NCBI GenBank assembly: GCA_043228905.1
Contig: JBHGNT010000001.1
Coordinates: 30,938,001 to 31,002,000 of the forward strand
DNA length: 64,000 nt
Origin: Azolla caroliniana
Taxonomy: Eukaryota > Plantae > Polypodiophyta
Direction of reading: 5' to 3'
The translations under genes were made by a program, and so were the position numbers. Shown here piece by piece: positions 1-13,741 of the stretch (within the stretch, counting starts at the first letter, position 1; the number at the start of each line of letters is the position of its first letter). The notes beneath the pieces were generated by a model. The model saw only the letters and a list, made by a program, of their open reading frames with translations. It did not search any database and was not told where the DNA came from.

Positions 1-855
1 AAGATATTTGGAAGGTTTGAATTTTATCAAGAATTCTTAAAATGGGCCTATGCTAGCTTGAATCTCGTTTTCTTATACTTAGGTATATGATTTAAATAAA
101 GCTTTTTGAATGTTGATTCTAATTGTCTATAGTAGTTTGATTTGTTAACAAATTATGTTGTGAATGTATATCATTTGGAACTTACAGATTATCTTCTTAA
201 AACTATTTATAGATTGTGAATCCATTTGATTATTCAACAACATTCAACTATGTATTGCATGTTTATTGTGTTATCCATAGCTACAAATGATTGTTTCAAT
301 CAACAATTAGATTGAATTTTCATAATCTATGTATGAAAACCACAATGTAACAAAAATCAGGTCAATCATATTTTAGCCTAATTATAATTAATTTATTGAT
401 ATACCAATGTCTTTAACAACCAATGGAACAATTCATATGTTTGACGAAAAGTGTGATCAAAGCCACTAGGCTACCAGTGGATATAGCCAAGGTTAAAAGT
501 TGTATACCTATATATTCATATTGTGTGTGTGCACACACATGTGTTTGTTGGACTCTATACTTCGCTTATGACAAGTAATACTTATACAAGTACAAAAGCA
601 TCATACAAGTTGTGAGACTAGTTTAAAAACTAATTGTTAATCAAGGAATAAATCATTATATATGAACAAGAATCAATTCATTTATAAAATAATTCATAAC
701 TTCCATCAAAGTATAAAGGTTAAAGTTAGGCGCTTTTATAGAGAGAAAGAAACGAAGTTGCCATGTGCTAGTATAGAACACGAAGAAAAGGTTTTAACAA
801 CGAATACATATATGAAAATGTTGTGTCATCAAGGAAGAATAGAATGGTGCCATTT

Positions 856-974
856 GTGAAGGAAGTCAAGATTGAAGATGTTAGAACCAACACACATTGA
901 GGCTTTCCTTGCGTGAAGGAAGTCAAAGACTTACAACATGTTAGAACCAACACATAGTGAGGCTTTCATTGTGT
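856..974. repeat. Two-copy ~58-60 bp imperfect tandem duplication
   Basis: gtgaaggaagtcaa...atgttagaaccaacaca...gaggctttc occurs at ~856-912 and again at ~913-974. Confidence 0.8.
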
Positions 975-1515
975 GGTGTACTCCTAATCTTGACATGTTT
1001 TAGACTTGTTTGTGGATATCCCACCAATAAATAATATCATGCATTGGTACATATCTTACACTAGACTTAACCATAAAGATGGAAATATGTATGTGCAGTT
1101 TGTACCATACAATACGTCCGCAATTCCTACTTCTACATCCTTATTTCCACAATCATATATATATATATATGTATGTATGTATGTATGTATATTTACAGAA
1201 TGCAGTTTTTTAACTAGAATTGGGAGTCAATAAATTGCTTCTCATGAGAGAGTGGCAACGAAGTAATCCTGCCCATTTTTATGTTAATTCTATGTAAAAG
1301 GGAGAGGAGGAAGCACACACACACATATATATCTCTAATGGGTTTAGAGGAGCGCAATGTGTTGAAAACACAAACATGCCAAAGAATAGGAAACGCAAAA
1401 ACGCAAAACGCAAAAAAAAAAAAAAGAAGCTTCGGGCATCCCCATAACTTTTCTTCTCATATATAATTTAATGAGGCGCTCACCTTTTGCGCTGCTTTCA
1501 TTGTTTTAAAACGAT

Positions 1516-1560
1516 CCCTAACCCTAAACCGTAAACCCTAACCCTAACCCTAACCCTAAA
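1516..1560. repeat. Interstitial telomere-type array (CCCTAA/CCCTAAA, contains telobox AAACCCTA) immediately 5' of the ATL start codon
   Basis: ccctaaccctaaaccgtaaaccctaaccctaaccctaaccctaaa ends 1 nt before ATG 1562. Confidence 0.85.
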
Positions 1561-1561
1561 C

Positions 1562-2269
1562 ATGTCTTCCCTTGTTCCACCCCCCCTTCCTCCTCCCCCT
1601 GCTAATACTGCCTTGCACGACGCGTCCTCTCCTGAATTCACCGGAACTAAGCTCATGATCTGCGCCATAATAACCCTGTGCTTGGCCCTCACCTTCCTTT
1701 CGCTTCTCCGCCTCAACGAGAGATGGCAATGGTGGACGAGCCCTAACCCTAGTGCGCAGAGGCAAGAAGGAGGTTTTACCACGAATCCAATCCTCAGGAG
1801 GATGAGGATGGAGACGCTGATGAACGAGGCGGAGAGGAGGAGGAGGAGGAGGAGGAGGGAGGATGAAAATGAAAGCAGCATGAATGATGGCCTGAGCAGC
1901 AGGGGGGGGCAGCTAGATTTGGAGTCGAACCCTAACCCTGGCCCACTCACAAGGGAGGGAGGGTACTACGCATGCCCTAACGCCATACTATGCAGGGGTC
2001 TTGACAGGGCCGCCATTGATACGCTTCCTACCTTCTTCGCAGGCAGTAATGGCAGAGGAACCGGCGGCGATCCTGACTTTTGCTGCGCCGTGTGCCTGTG
2101 CGAGATCCAAGGCGAGGAGAAAGGGCGGATCCTGCCGCTCTGCCTGCACCGCTTCCATGCCGTCTGTATCGATCTGTGGCTGCCTTCCCATCCCACCTGC
2201 CCTGTCTGCCGTCGACCCGCCATGCTTCCTCTCACCCGCTCCATCCCCGCCCCCGCCTGCACGAACTAA
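1562..2269 (+). CDS. ATL: Intronless ATL-family RING-H2 E3 ubiquitin ligase (235 aa)
   Basis: N-terminal hydrophobic segment (LMICAIITLCLALTFLSLL), basic region, GLD motif (GLDRAAIDTLP) and RING-H2 CAVCLCE...CLHRFHAVCIDLWLPSHPTCPVC; GC-rich single ORF. Confidence 0.93.
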   Translation: MSSLVPPPLPPPPANTALHDASSPEFTGTKLMICAIITLCLALTFLSLLRLNERWQWWTSPNPSAQRQEGGFTTNPILRRMRMETLMNEAERRRRRRRREDENESSMNDGLSSRGGQLDLESNPNPGPLTREGGYYACPNAILCRGLDRAAIDTLPTFFAGSNGRGTGGDPDFCCAVCLCEIQGEEKGRILPLCLHRFHAVCIDLWLPSHPTCPVCRRPAMLPLTRSIPAPACTN

Positions 2270-5200
2270 CTAACTAACTATCTAACTAACTAACTAACTG
2301 TCGCCATAGCCATGGCCATGGCCATGATGATGACCACATTTCCTTTTTTTACCCTCACAAAATACCACTCATCTTGAGTGCCCATATCCAGTTAAGTAGT
2401 CAGGAAAATAAATGCACAGGAACTCTTGTCCCACCCACTACAGTCTACTACTGTCTACTGTCTACTGTCTACTACTATATACATACTTTGACCCGAAGCT
2501 CATATTTAATCCACTCATGAAAAGAAACACACGATGACATTTGCCATGCATGGGCTCCCTCCCTCCTAATTGATGATGAGAGAAAACCACAATATTATTA
2601 GAACAAATTTTCGCATTTTTCTCACTTTGTGGCTCCTCTTTTGATGAATGAAAAACACACTTGATCAGACCCATCATCCCACGCTCAAACTTCCATAATT
2701 ATAACATAATGAGACGGGCGTCGTTCCTTTCGAAATGCATATCGAAGAAAATGTCGGTGGTCGAAATTCGCGATCGCCCCGTGATCGTGACTCTGCTCCA
2801 TATGATCTCCTACTTTCTTTCCTCACTTTCTTCACACACTTGCATAAGATCTCTATTCACTATATTATTTGCTTTCCCCATTGACCCTTGCATATATATG
2901 ATGTCTTGCTTCATTACCTCACAATTTGCATTGGCCATCTCTTCGTGAATCTAGTGAAAAGTAGAGCTCTACATCGCTTTATCATTACAGTTTCCCCTGG
3001 GGCTCCCACTATTGTTTTGAGATCTCCATACTCCCAAGTATGTTGTTGCTCCGAGTCTTGTTTTGGGATCTCCAGACTTCAAGTATTAAAAAGTTAATCT
3101 ACTAGCCTCTTGATCTACTAGTAATGATCGAATGCCCTAATTATTTGTCTCTAAGTAATTTCTCCTTTGTGACGTTGCTTCATTAACTCTCAATCAAATC
3201 CTAAATGACTTTTATATACTACATTGACATTATGTTACTAGTGGCATCTGTACAAAACAACTTCTTAACATGCTCTCTTTACTAGATGTGCTTTCCAATC
3301 TTATTTCTCAAATGAGACTCGGTGTTGGAACTCCTCTAAGGAACGATCAATCATGTTTACTTTAGGTCCTCATAATATATTTGTGATTGACAAAAATGCT
3401 TTCTATGAGAAATTCTATCAAATGCATGTGAGCTCACTCATAAAACTAGCCTTTACTACACTTTTTTGTAAACAATGATTGGTTTTAGAGTTCATATCAA
3501 TTCATAAAGGACAGAATGTGCATGGTATCTTTCCTTAAAATGTGTTTCTTACCTATACTTAAGTTGGGTCTTTTGACTAATTGAAAATCTTTGTTGTTTA
3601 AGCATTGCTTAGATGATATTTTGTCTTGAAAATAGTGTTTTCAATGTGTACTTTTATCATAAACCAACCTTCTTTTCTGCACATTTATAATGGAATTAGT
3701 TTTGCTGAAATTTTCCGGACCAGTTACGATATAGTACCTCTACAAAACTTCCTTGAACTCTTAACATCAATTATACATGACAAAGACAATGAATGTTTTG
3801 AGATTCAATAATGTGACGAAACATTGACTTGGTTGAGGCCCACAATGATGTGTTAAATATAATGTTTGATTTTGGAAAAAAAGAAAGAAAGAAACAGAGA
3901 TATCGATCATTATTATACTACATTGTCATATGTTCCTTCACTAGAGAAAAAAATATGAAAAATCTTTTATTTCAAATCTATCTATATGCATCTCTTTCTA
4001 TTATTCGTTGGATGATCTTTCAAAAATTGTTGAGACTTCTTTCCATATTGATGTATGACAAAAATGTGTGGTTTTCCTCACAAACAATTCGACTGGTCAT
4101 TTGTAACTTGCCCTTAGGAATGCTCTTAGACTCTCAACAATGGATTTTGCTTTCTTGAACGTTGTGTTAGAAGTCAAGGAGGCGCTATGAACAATCTAAT
4201 CATATAATTGTCAAAAGACCCTAAATGCTTACCATCAAGCCACCCCAACCTAAAATCTTGTTTCCAACACGTTAGTGTGAACAAGTTTAAGGCTTATATT
4301 TCATTCCTGAGTTACCCATGCATAGAAAACAAAACGAAAGTTTCCTTAAATATCTCATTCTTGTCATTGTACTTCTTCAAAAGCTCCTTCTTGACCCTTG
4401 AAACCAATAATGAGAATAAAGGTAGGATGAATGGGGACGGAATTTTGGGGATTGAACTCATACACATCCTCATATGATGATAATGCTGATTCTATTAACA
4501 TTTTATGAATAGGTTAACTTGATAAGGAAGTATTGGTTTGCTATGGATTGTATTTGTATGTATTTGCTAAGAAGTATTGAGAAGACAAATGTTACTGATT
4601 AGGCAACAAAGAATTTCATTGATGTCCACTTGGTAATTGGTATTGGCAAATATAAAACTAATGCCCATGCCTTAAGCATCATCGGCATGGCACACCAAAC
4701 ACAGAATCCATTTCTAATAAGAGGGGTAAATCAGATGCATTAGTGATGAGCCACAAAAGAGTTGCATCAATTTTCGGTAGGTGCTTTGGGGTTATAGGAA
4801 CTTCAAGGTAGCTGAAAGTCCAACGAGCCATAGGGCTGTCAGACTGCAGTTTACAACCAAAACATAAGGAGTTGCAACACCTTCTCCCTTAATTGGATTT
4901 TATCAGTTTGATCAGTCGTCTTCTTTATATGTGGGAGTGATACACAAACCTCGCTGTTGGCAAATGCGTAACAGAAAATATTCAAATGAGAGCTTTGAAA
5001 TTATGCCAAAATGCCGAAAAACATTCCAAGAAAAACAATGATTGGGCATCAGTCGTCTATGTGAAAGTTACATTAACGATTGGGGTATGTATGTGTGGTT
5101 GGGTCACTTCTTGACACAAAGTAAAAGCAAGCAACCATAACTTTATGAGATCTCATGAGTTTGATTGTATTGCTCGGGTTAATTTTTCTCAATCTGAGAA

Positions 5201-5291
5201 ATGTTACATAGAGTATGTCCAAATATACAAGACCGAGAGTTACAAAAGCAGTTCATTGTTCGGCAACAAATTACCCCTGTGATTAATTCAT

Positions 5292-6994
5292 CTAACTCTC
5301 ATTCCCAGTTATTTTTGCCAAGGCATTCTCAATATTCTTTGCCAATTCCGCTCTACAAAGTTATATGCAAAAACCACCACCAGTAGTTAAGAATCAGAAG
5401 GACAAAACATAATCCAAAACATAATCAGAAGGACAAAACATAATCCAAAAAACCAAGGGGAACAGACCTATCTGGCTTGAAGAGTAGGTATCGATATATG
5501 AACCACTGTATGCATCAGAAATATTCAGTGTTAAGAAATATACAGTATTTTAGATAGAAACCAACAACCTGAAATAATGAATGAGATCCTACTTACTCCA
5601 CTGAAAACAATGCCAACAAACTCAAAGGCGTTTGGAAGCAGGGGCAATTTATCGATTGCCTACATCTCATGTGACAAACAACGTAAATAATGTAGTCTTA
5701 AGTACAAAAGAAAATAATCCTCTTTGGAACTAACACAAGCATGGGCATAAGCATACATTAATGGAGGTAATTAACCTACAGCTATATAGACTATGACAGA
5801 GTCCAGATTAAATAGCTGACCAAAAATTAATGGGCCTATCTTTTTGCCTCCCATTAATGTATGTTTATGTGTATGCGCATAGCAAGAACTATGTAAAATA
5901 TCTGATCATTGACTAGAAAAAACCCTTCGGCAGTTAGTAGATCAAATTTGTGTAAACTTACGGCGATCAGTCCAATAGAGGCCCACAGAATGATTACTCC
6001 CGCAAAGCCAAGGCCCACAATTGCAAGCTTATCGTCAGTTTTTTCCCACTGTATGACAAACATTGTAATCAATCATCACAAAGGATGAGTTGAATCTCTA
6101 TTTATTATTTCTTAGACACACATGTCTCACACACATACGTGTGTGCAGTGTACCCACCGCTTCCTGGACAGACTTGACGATATCTCCCGAGGTGTCTCCA
6201 GAAGCCATGGTGATGATTCTACGACTCTGACCATGGCCTTTTATACAAATATCAAAAAACCTCATACTAAGGATGTTATGTCGTGTATTTGTTTTACAAT
6301 AAATCTAGTCTTGGATTTCATTTTCAGAATCTCATTGGTCATGGTGTTACGCATTGGGTTTAAAGTTAAGAAATTCACAACATGATGTAATATGTGAGAT
6401 TTTATATTAAAAGTCTCATACTTGTGATGTTATGCATTAGATTTCATGTTAAGAATCTATAATTACGATGCTACATATCGGATGTATGTGCTATGATAGA
6501 TCTGTGTTTTTACCCATGTTCACATACAAAACTATGATAATCCTAATGACGTTATCTGTTGGATCTAATTGCTTATGATAAATCTAACACGCTCACATAA
6601 AAACTATTATGATGTTCATGATGTTATGTATTGGATCTAATTGTTTTATGCTCATTTATAACCAATAATGCTTCCCATGATGTTATGTATTTCTATGACA
6701 TTTTCTATAATCATATTCACATAATGTCGAAAAAACAAAACCCATTATGATCCTCAAAGATATGGCGTCTTCCAATAGAATGTATAACAATATCGCATTC
6801 AAATTCAATTCAATTCAATTCATTTATATACCTTGAGGAGGAGATCTCAAAGAAACAGGGGAGAAGGAAAAGTTGCCAAAAGAAGCATTATTCCTCTTGA
6901 AGTAGGAAACAGCCCCAAAAGTGTGCTTGTAAGCAGGATTCGAACTTGTGGGTGTACCAGCCAAAATTAAATTCGAAACAGAGGACGAAGCCAT
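5292..6994 (-). CDS. CURT1: CURVATURE THYLAKOID 1 family protein (CAAD domain), 6 exons, ~163 aa
   Basis: Exons 6994-6832, 6237-6158, 6048-5962, 5659-5597, 5505-5468 and 5352-5292 join in frame with GT-AG introns. Ser-rich transit peptide, then KSVQEAWEKTDDKLAIVGLGFAG...AIDKLPLLPNAFEFVGI..GWFIYRYLLFKPDRAEL. Confidence 0.92.
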
Positions 6995-8736
6995 TAGATT
7001 TTTTGTTCAGAAAAGAACCCTGCCTCCCCTAAGAAAAAACCTAATTCTTCTTCCTTCTTCACCGATATGAGTATGAGTTAGCTCTGTAACGCTTGATGTC
7101 TGTCTTTGCTTGGCTTATCTAAAATACACGAATGATTGGTTGCTTGAAGGACTAAAATCTATCCGTGCTCCATTAGCCTATCCACTTCACTTTTTTCAGC
7201 ATGGATCTGTAGTTGTTATATATATGTATGTATGTATAAGGAAATTGACTGGAATACCCTCCCTACTTTCATATTCCTTTATATCCCAAAATGCCCCCAC
7301 ATTTTCGTTATTTGGCCTTGAGTGCCCTTACTCATCATCCCCCACAAGAGAGGAAACGTGGGATGTTGGTCTCTCAAATCACAACATATAAATGAGACAA
7401 AAGGGGATTTATTACCCATATAGTTGATCTCTTGTGCTCCAACCAGGGGAATTTGAGGAAATAGGGAAAAATTTCGGCGTACTTTGAGGAAAGAAAATAA
7501 AGTGTTTGGCCATCCCAAAGTTAGTTCTCTCTCCAAGCTTTTTGGTTCCACAATGTTCACATGAAGGCAGCGAGAAAGATTTGAGAGGTTCAGCCGAACT
7601 CCTCGTTTGTGGATGGGAATTTGACTAATGTGGATCACAAAACGTTTAGGATCATATGATGCTACAAATAGGGTATTTATTTGCTCACGTTGAAAACCAA
7701 CTTACACAGCAATCTATAGGGATTGAACACTTCATCCTAATCCAATCCCTTCGAGTATGCTTTTCTTCCAAGGGATCTATTTACCTTCCAAACCCATATA
7801 ATCATGAGCACCTTCAAAGGCCTATCCACAAGCCCCAAATCACCAATCCATCACTGCATTATGCATTTTGACATCTATGGTTGATTTGTGCTAGAAATCT
7901 TTCAATGCACCTATCATAAAGGTTGGTCTGATACTACTATTATTTCCAGAATTTCAGCCACATTGAACCTCCTCTGAGCTTCTCACTTGACCATCATACA
8001 AAAATATGATGGCCCATCTATCAATAATCCATTATGACTGTCAACGCAACCATGCACACTTCAGAAGACTTGAGTATATACACACGGAACAATACAGTCC
8101 ACTCCAAGTTCCACATGTTTTTATTCGATGCAAATGTGTTCCTAAGACTGATAATTAGGGGTGTGAAAATGCAAGGTAAATTAGCAAAATTTTATCAACT
8201 CAAAAAGACTAGTGTTTTTCATAATACTTGTGTTGTCTTACCATAACATCAAGTATTATGGAATTCCTTGGTTTTATAGAAGGCTGAAAAGTTAGCACAT
8301 TGACAGAGACATCAACACAGCACTTACAGCATTAACCCAATTGTGACCATCCACAATTGAAATATACATGCAATGTGTTCAATTGACATCATCACTATAA
8401 TATTAATTACAGTCTTCTTTATTACTTTTAAAAGAGGAAGAATATAAACACTACAGGTGAGATATACATTAGAAGTTCCATGTTTTTAAACATGACTCTA
8501 GAAACAGTGCTGACATGTCAGTATTGATAACATTAGTTCGGCAAGATAGACCAAACTTGTAAAGAATGGGCAGGTTCTCCTTTGTATAATATCTTCAATC
8601 CATTTTTGCCCATTATAATAAAATCTAGTGGCACATCATTATGACACCATTAAAAAAATGTGTTTCCTCACTGATGGCCTCTATGTACACAACCACCAAA
8701 GGGACATGTTTTGTTACCAGAATTCGCATGTTTGGT

Positions 8737-11700
8737 TCATCTAGATTCTGAAGGACCAATATTAGAAGATTGAGACGCAGACCTTCCATCCTTAATTACA
8801 TGCAATCCATCCTTAACCACACTGGACAAGCTCCCATTGCCAGATCCTACTAGCTCTTTTTGTTCGCTCGTTGAGCTAATTTCATTATCAATAGGAAGTG
8901 TTTGTTTTGGACCATTCAATGCCACACCCAAGACAAGGTTCTCTTCAAGTTGTGACTTAGTCATCCCAGAACCTATTCCTCGATCAATGTCCCCTTTGGA
9001 CGAAGATGCATTCTTTGTATCAATCTTCTGACCAATAACATCCGCTTTTGTGTGTGTTTCATTGATTTCTTCCCTTGTGTTACTCTCCTCTTCTCCCAAG
9101 GACCAAGAATCCTCTTCCAGATCAAGATTTGATTTACTTATTCTTTCCAATTTTTGCTCCATTGGGGATTCTATTACTCTAGCATGAGGCTTCTGAGGCT
9201 TTGTTCCTCCTACAGGCTGTGAAATCTGCTCTAACGTCTTGCTTGAGCTTTTCTCAGATTTCATTGACCCTACATCCAAAGGCTTGACCTTATCACCACC
9301 ACCACTATGCACTTGTGAATCTACTGGATCTTCTGGAATTTTGACTGGGGGTTTCTCAAATGCAGCTCCCAGTAATGTTATATCTTTAGAATTAAGACCC
9401 ATGGAATCGAGTCCTTCGAGTTGGGACTTTTGCTTGCTCACAACTTTAGAATCCGAAGCATCAGAAGAATTATTGTTCTTATGACTTTCATCATTGCTCA
9501 CTGTCACGCCTTTTACTTCTTTCTTTGGATTTGTATTCTCTCCAGAAGTCTGTTCATTCCCCGAAGCTCCATCGCTACTATTAATCATTTCATCTCTTGC
9601 TTGTGATGCTCCATTCTTAGAATTTGTAATTTGGTCAGCATCACGGTATGCATTTGCAACAGCAGTTGCCTCAATCAATAGATATGGCTTTCCTTGGGAT
9701 TCTGCAGAGCGATTTGTATCTCGGAATGGAGTACCCCTAGGTTCTATATCATCAAGTACACGTTGCATTGATCGAATCGGGGTAGCTAACCGGGCATGAT
9801 GATGACTTATAACTTTCATCAAGTCCAATAGAATCACTTCCTATATGAAAAGGCACAAAAAGATGTCATGACTCATTCACTTCAGGGAAAAACTCTAAAG
9901 GTCATCTCATTGCCGTTTTCTCTCTTTAAGGGGTTGAACAAAGGTATTTCAGAAAATAAAGAAATTTCAGGGGCACTTGGGTAAGTAAAGAAATGCTTGG
10001 ATATTTTAAAGTTTTCTCTGGATTTTCACATTAGCATATAATGTACTGCTGTATGACAACTAACCTTCACTCGCAAGTATTCTTCAAAATGAGGAGTCTT
10101 CACAAAACATGAAACTAGAACCTGCATGAATGAATCACATGATTCAAAGGCATGGACTATGATTATCTATCTAAAAACTAATTCTATTGAGTTATCCTAA
10201 AATTAACAAAGTATATGGCAAGGACCATCACCATAAGAGCCTGATTTTCAGGAGCAACACTTTCAAAAAATACTCTTCTGTGCAGCCTTCTTTGTTCAAC
10301 TTGAGGATGCTTGGCTAAAACCTTTCTCATATCAGCCACGATATTCTACATAAAAGAAACAGTGAGACAAGCATAAACAGCAAAAAGCCAAAAAACATAC
10401 ATAAAAATGGGAAGAACTTTCTTACAGAAATCTTGCTAACATCTAGATGGCTTATCCCGAAATATGTCTTGATACGCCAGTGTGACTTTTGAGTTAAATT
10501 TCGAACAACACTCACAGTAAACTTATGATTCGGAATATGAACTGCTTCTCTATCATCTCCTCGTACTATTGTTGGTGACCACCACCCAACATGCTAAAAT
10601 ACAAAAAACCATTAACCAAACTAAAAGAATGGCATGAGAAAGCTTTCCTACTATCATGCTTTTGACGGGAAAATCTTAGAAGAAAACAGTTCAATTATCT
10701 GAATATGGTTGCATGTAAGTTAAGTTAGTTTACCAACTTCTGATGAGGAAAAATAGGAACAGAAAGGAACATACTTCAACTGTACCAGACACTTCATAAC
10801 CATCAATTTTTGTCTGAATCCACTCATTAAGAACAAAAGGGCGTGTTGCATGGATCATTATACTTGAGAGGAAGTTTGTGAAGATCTGTAAATGACGTAT
10901 TGTTCATACTTGTTAAAATACAAAATATGATATTATGAAGTAAGTTAGAAAGATACTAAAAACTACGAAATATTCCTGCATTTTTTTATGTCAACAATTG
11001 CTCCTGATTTTTGTCATTTCTCCAAACTGCTTTTGTCAACCACCAAAAGAGAGAAAAAGGGTATGAATTGCCCATATAATTGCTCAAATAGCACATGTAA
11101 TTCCTCTCTCAAGAGTTGGTTTAGAGACAAAATGAAAAGTCGCATTTGGTGAAATAAAGAAAAATGCAGGTATTTTGAAGTTTTTACAAATAACAATTAT
11201 GAATTTTAAGTTCGTTGACAAGTTTGATTATGTTGTGCATCAAACTTCAAAACTCTGCTTGTCGTAAAGTTTCTTACCTCTCTGCCTGCAAGTGTAAGTA
11301 GCACTGTACCAAGACCACCTGCTGTGAGCATTTTTTGTGTAGAGAAACCCAGCAACTCCATGAACAAACATATTGCAGCTATCCATACAGCTGTATAAAC
11401 AGCATTTCCAACAAACTGAGCACCAAGCTGCAAAAGTAATGGTTTCATTAAGCTTTGCTTTCATGAGAGGGAGAAAAAGATGAATCCAATTTATAAGAGT
11501 GAATATATGCCTCGTCACTTTTTGTTTGTAAAAATACAAGGAGAAAATATTTCTAAAATCCTAATTGACAGCACAATATCAATAACCAGATGCCCATATC
11601 ACTCACACTGCGAGAATCTTGGGCATCTTGTCGATCCAACATTATTTTGTGCATCTGCTGAATCGCACTGAGATTCAAAAGAAAAAGTACTAAGATGATC

Positions 11701-13741
11701 CAATTGTGATTCATTAGACTAATATAAAACCTATTACATCAGTAAGTTTGTCTTACCTGTTCGTGCAGTATGCAAAAGCCAATACTGTGGATAAGGACCG
11801 CACAAAGTTTAAAAAACGTTGTTTGATTGCCTGACTTGTCTCAGTTGATAACACAACAGGATCAAAGGCCCTGAATAAACGCAAAGTGTAATGTCATAGT
11901 GGCTATAAACATAATGATCAAACTCAATGCCCCGCCCTTACCTGCAGATTAATATTACTCCTATCCATAGGAGCACAGGTCGCACATACATTCTCATGAT
12001 ATGATTCAATTGACTCTCCTTCCAACTCCGGTCCTCTTTCTATTCGACATACGGCTCCTTGCCCGTTAAATTAAATCTAATTACAATAAATTTAAGAAGA
12101 GAATTTCAAATAATATGCATACATGCAGTACAGTTCGGTGTATGAACCGTAGTATGGGTCCAAGACCCCATGTTGCAAATGCCATAAGCCCAATTGGTGG
12201 AGCACATTGTTGTAATAATTGACTCTCATGAATAACCTTGAGCACACTACATAATCCAAATAATAAGCCATCTCCATTATTTACATCATAAACTAGAAGC
12301 CAATAATTATTTATTTCTAAGTAAAATAATTTTATTATGTCATTTTAAATCCAAGAGGCTGTTGTACTGCCCAACTTTCAACAGAAGGGACATGCACATA
12401 GCACAAAATGTTGCCTTACAAAAAATCCTGAGGTTTTTGACAGTATTAAAAAAAATTATTTTGTAATAAGAACTCGGTCATCACTAAACAGATGAGCAGA
12501 TAAAGTCTGGAAATTCATGAGTTACTCAAAAGAAAATGATATGAATAAATAATAATATAAATTAAAGGATAAAATTCCTCAAAGAATCCAAACTCCCTTT
12601 CAAAAGGCTACGAATACTCTCCATAGAACTACTATGCCGCAATAAATATATTTTTGGTACATGCCTGGCAATAGAGCTTGCTGTGAATGTTTTCACAGCG
12701 TTTACAACCTCCTTGGATGGGAACGGAGTAGCTGACGCATAGACAAAGTTGAAACCACCCTTAATTTGAGTTCTTTGTTTGGATTTCAAGACTGGAATAC
12801 ACCGCCCAAACTGTTTCATGTACTGAAATTGGAAATAGCATATGATATTCAGTAGCTGAAATAAACTTGACCACAAAATGCCCATTGCATATAATCACAT
12901 TAAATTTTCTTGGTCTTTGTTCAGCAGGAATATTATTGCAATTCAAACTGAAGTCATATGTACCATAGTGCGAGATTTTTTAGGGTGAATTGCAGCAAGC
13001 CGAGTTTGATATCCCTGCACACAGCATTGTGGCTGAAAGTGTATCTAGTAGAATAAGGAGAACATTATTTAGCAGCTTCCTCAAATAATCCTAGAAATAT
13101 GTATCAGCCAAGCATCAGATTGAAACATAAGAGCACAGAAATTACTGAGAAAATAGCTAGTTCATGATGTGATCCAATAAATATATATCAGCCAAGCATC
13201 ATCTTGATCAGTGCATTACAGCATCAACATAACAGCGAAGCTAGCAATTCTATGGTATGGTCCTAGGAAAGGTAGTCAGAAAAGAATAGCCTTGATTACA
13301 GCAAAAGCATTTCATTTGAAGAAGCATAGAACTTTCAAAAGGATTCAGAATTTCATGACGTGCTCAAACAGTGCATTACAACCAGGAAATCAGTAGACAG
13401 CTATTCGTTCCATGCTATGATCAAAGCAAAATGTCATCAGCCCAATACAACCTTAAAAAGTGCACTGCGACATGCATTTTGCAGCTAGAAATTTATGTTG
13501 ATATCCTAACCTTGAAAAATGCATTACCAACAACACCATTATATCGGAAGAGAAAAATAATTCAAAATCCATGCTGACATCATAACACTGAGCAATGCAT
13601 TACAATACTGCCATTTCATGTCAAGAAAAAAGATGAACCATCCAAAACAACTTAAATTTCATATTAAAGTTAAATCTTCAAACTGCATACCTGGTGCAAG
13701 GATGCATCATGAACAATACGATGCAGCTGTAAGGAGCACAT
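8737..13741 (-). CDS. MSL2/3: Plastid MscS-like mechanosensitive channel, MSL2/MSL3 type, ~13 coding exons
   Basis: Spliced motifs [93 protein letters not shown] and C-terminal [20 protein letters not shown]. The start codon at 13741 is inferred; a probable 5' UTR exon lies near 14104-14300. Confidence 0.92.

Noticed and set aside
2715-4180. Possible highly decayed DNA transposon on the minus strand
   Set aside because: Only vague peptide resemblance; no catalytic motif, TIR or TSD could be established
4850-5274. Possible CURT1 3' UTR intron or alternative last exon (donor ~5274, acceptor ~4954)
   Set aside because: Splice-like signals only; the 5352-5292 exon already gives a canonical CURT1 C-terminus; needs RNA evidence
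6930-6950. B-box/T-arm-like GTTCGAATCC on the minus strand
   Set aside because: Lies within CURT1 coding exon 1, with no A-box or cloverleaf
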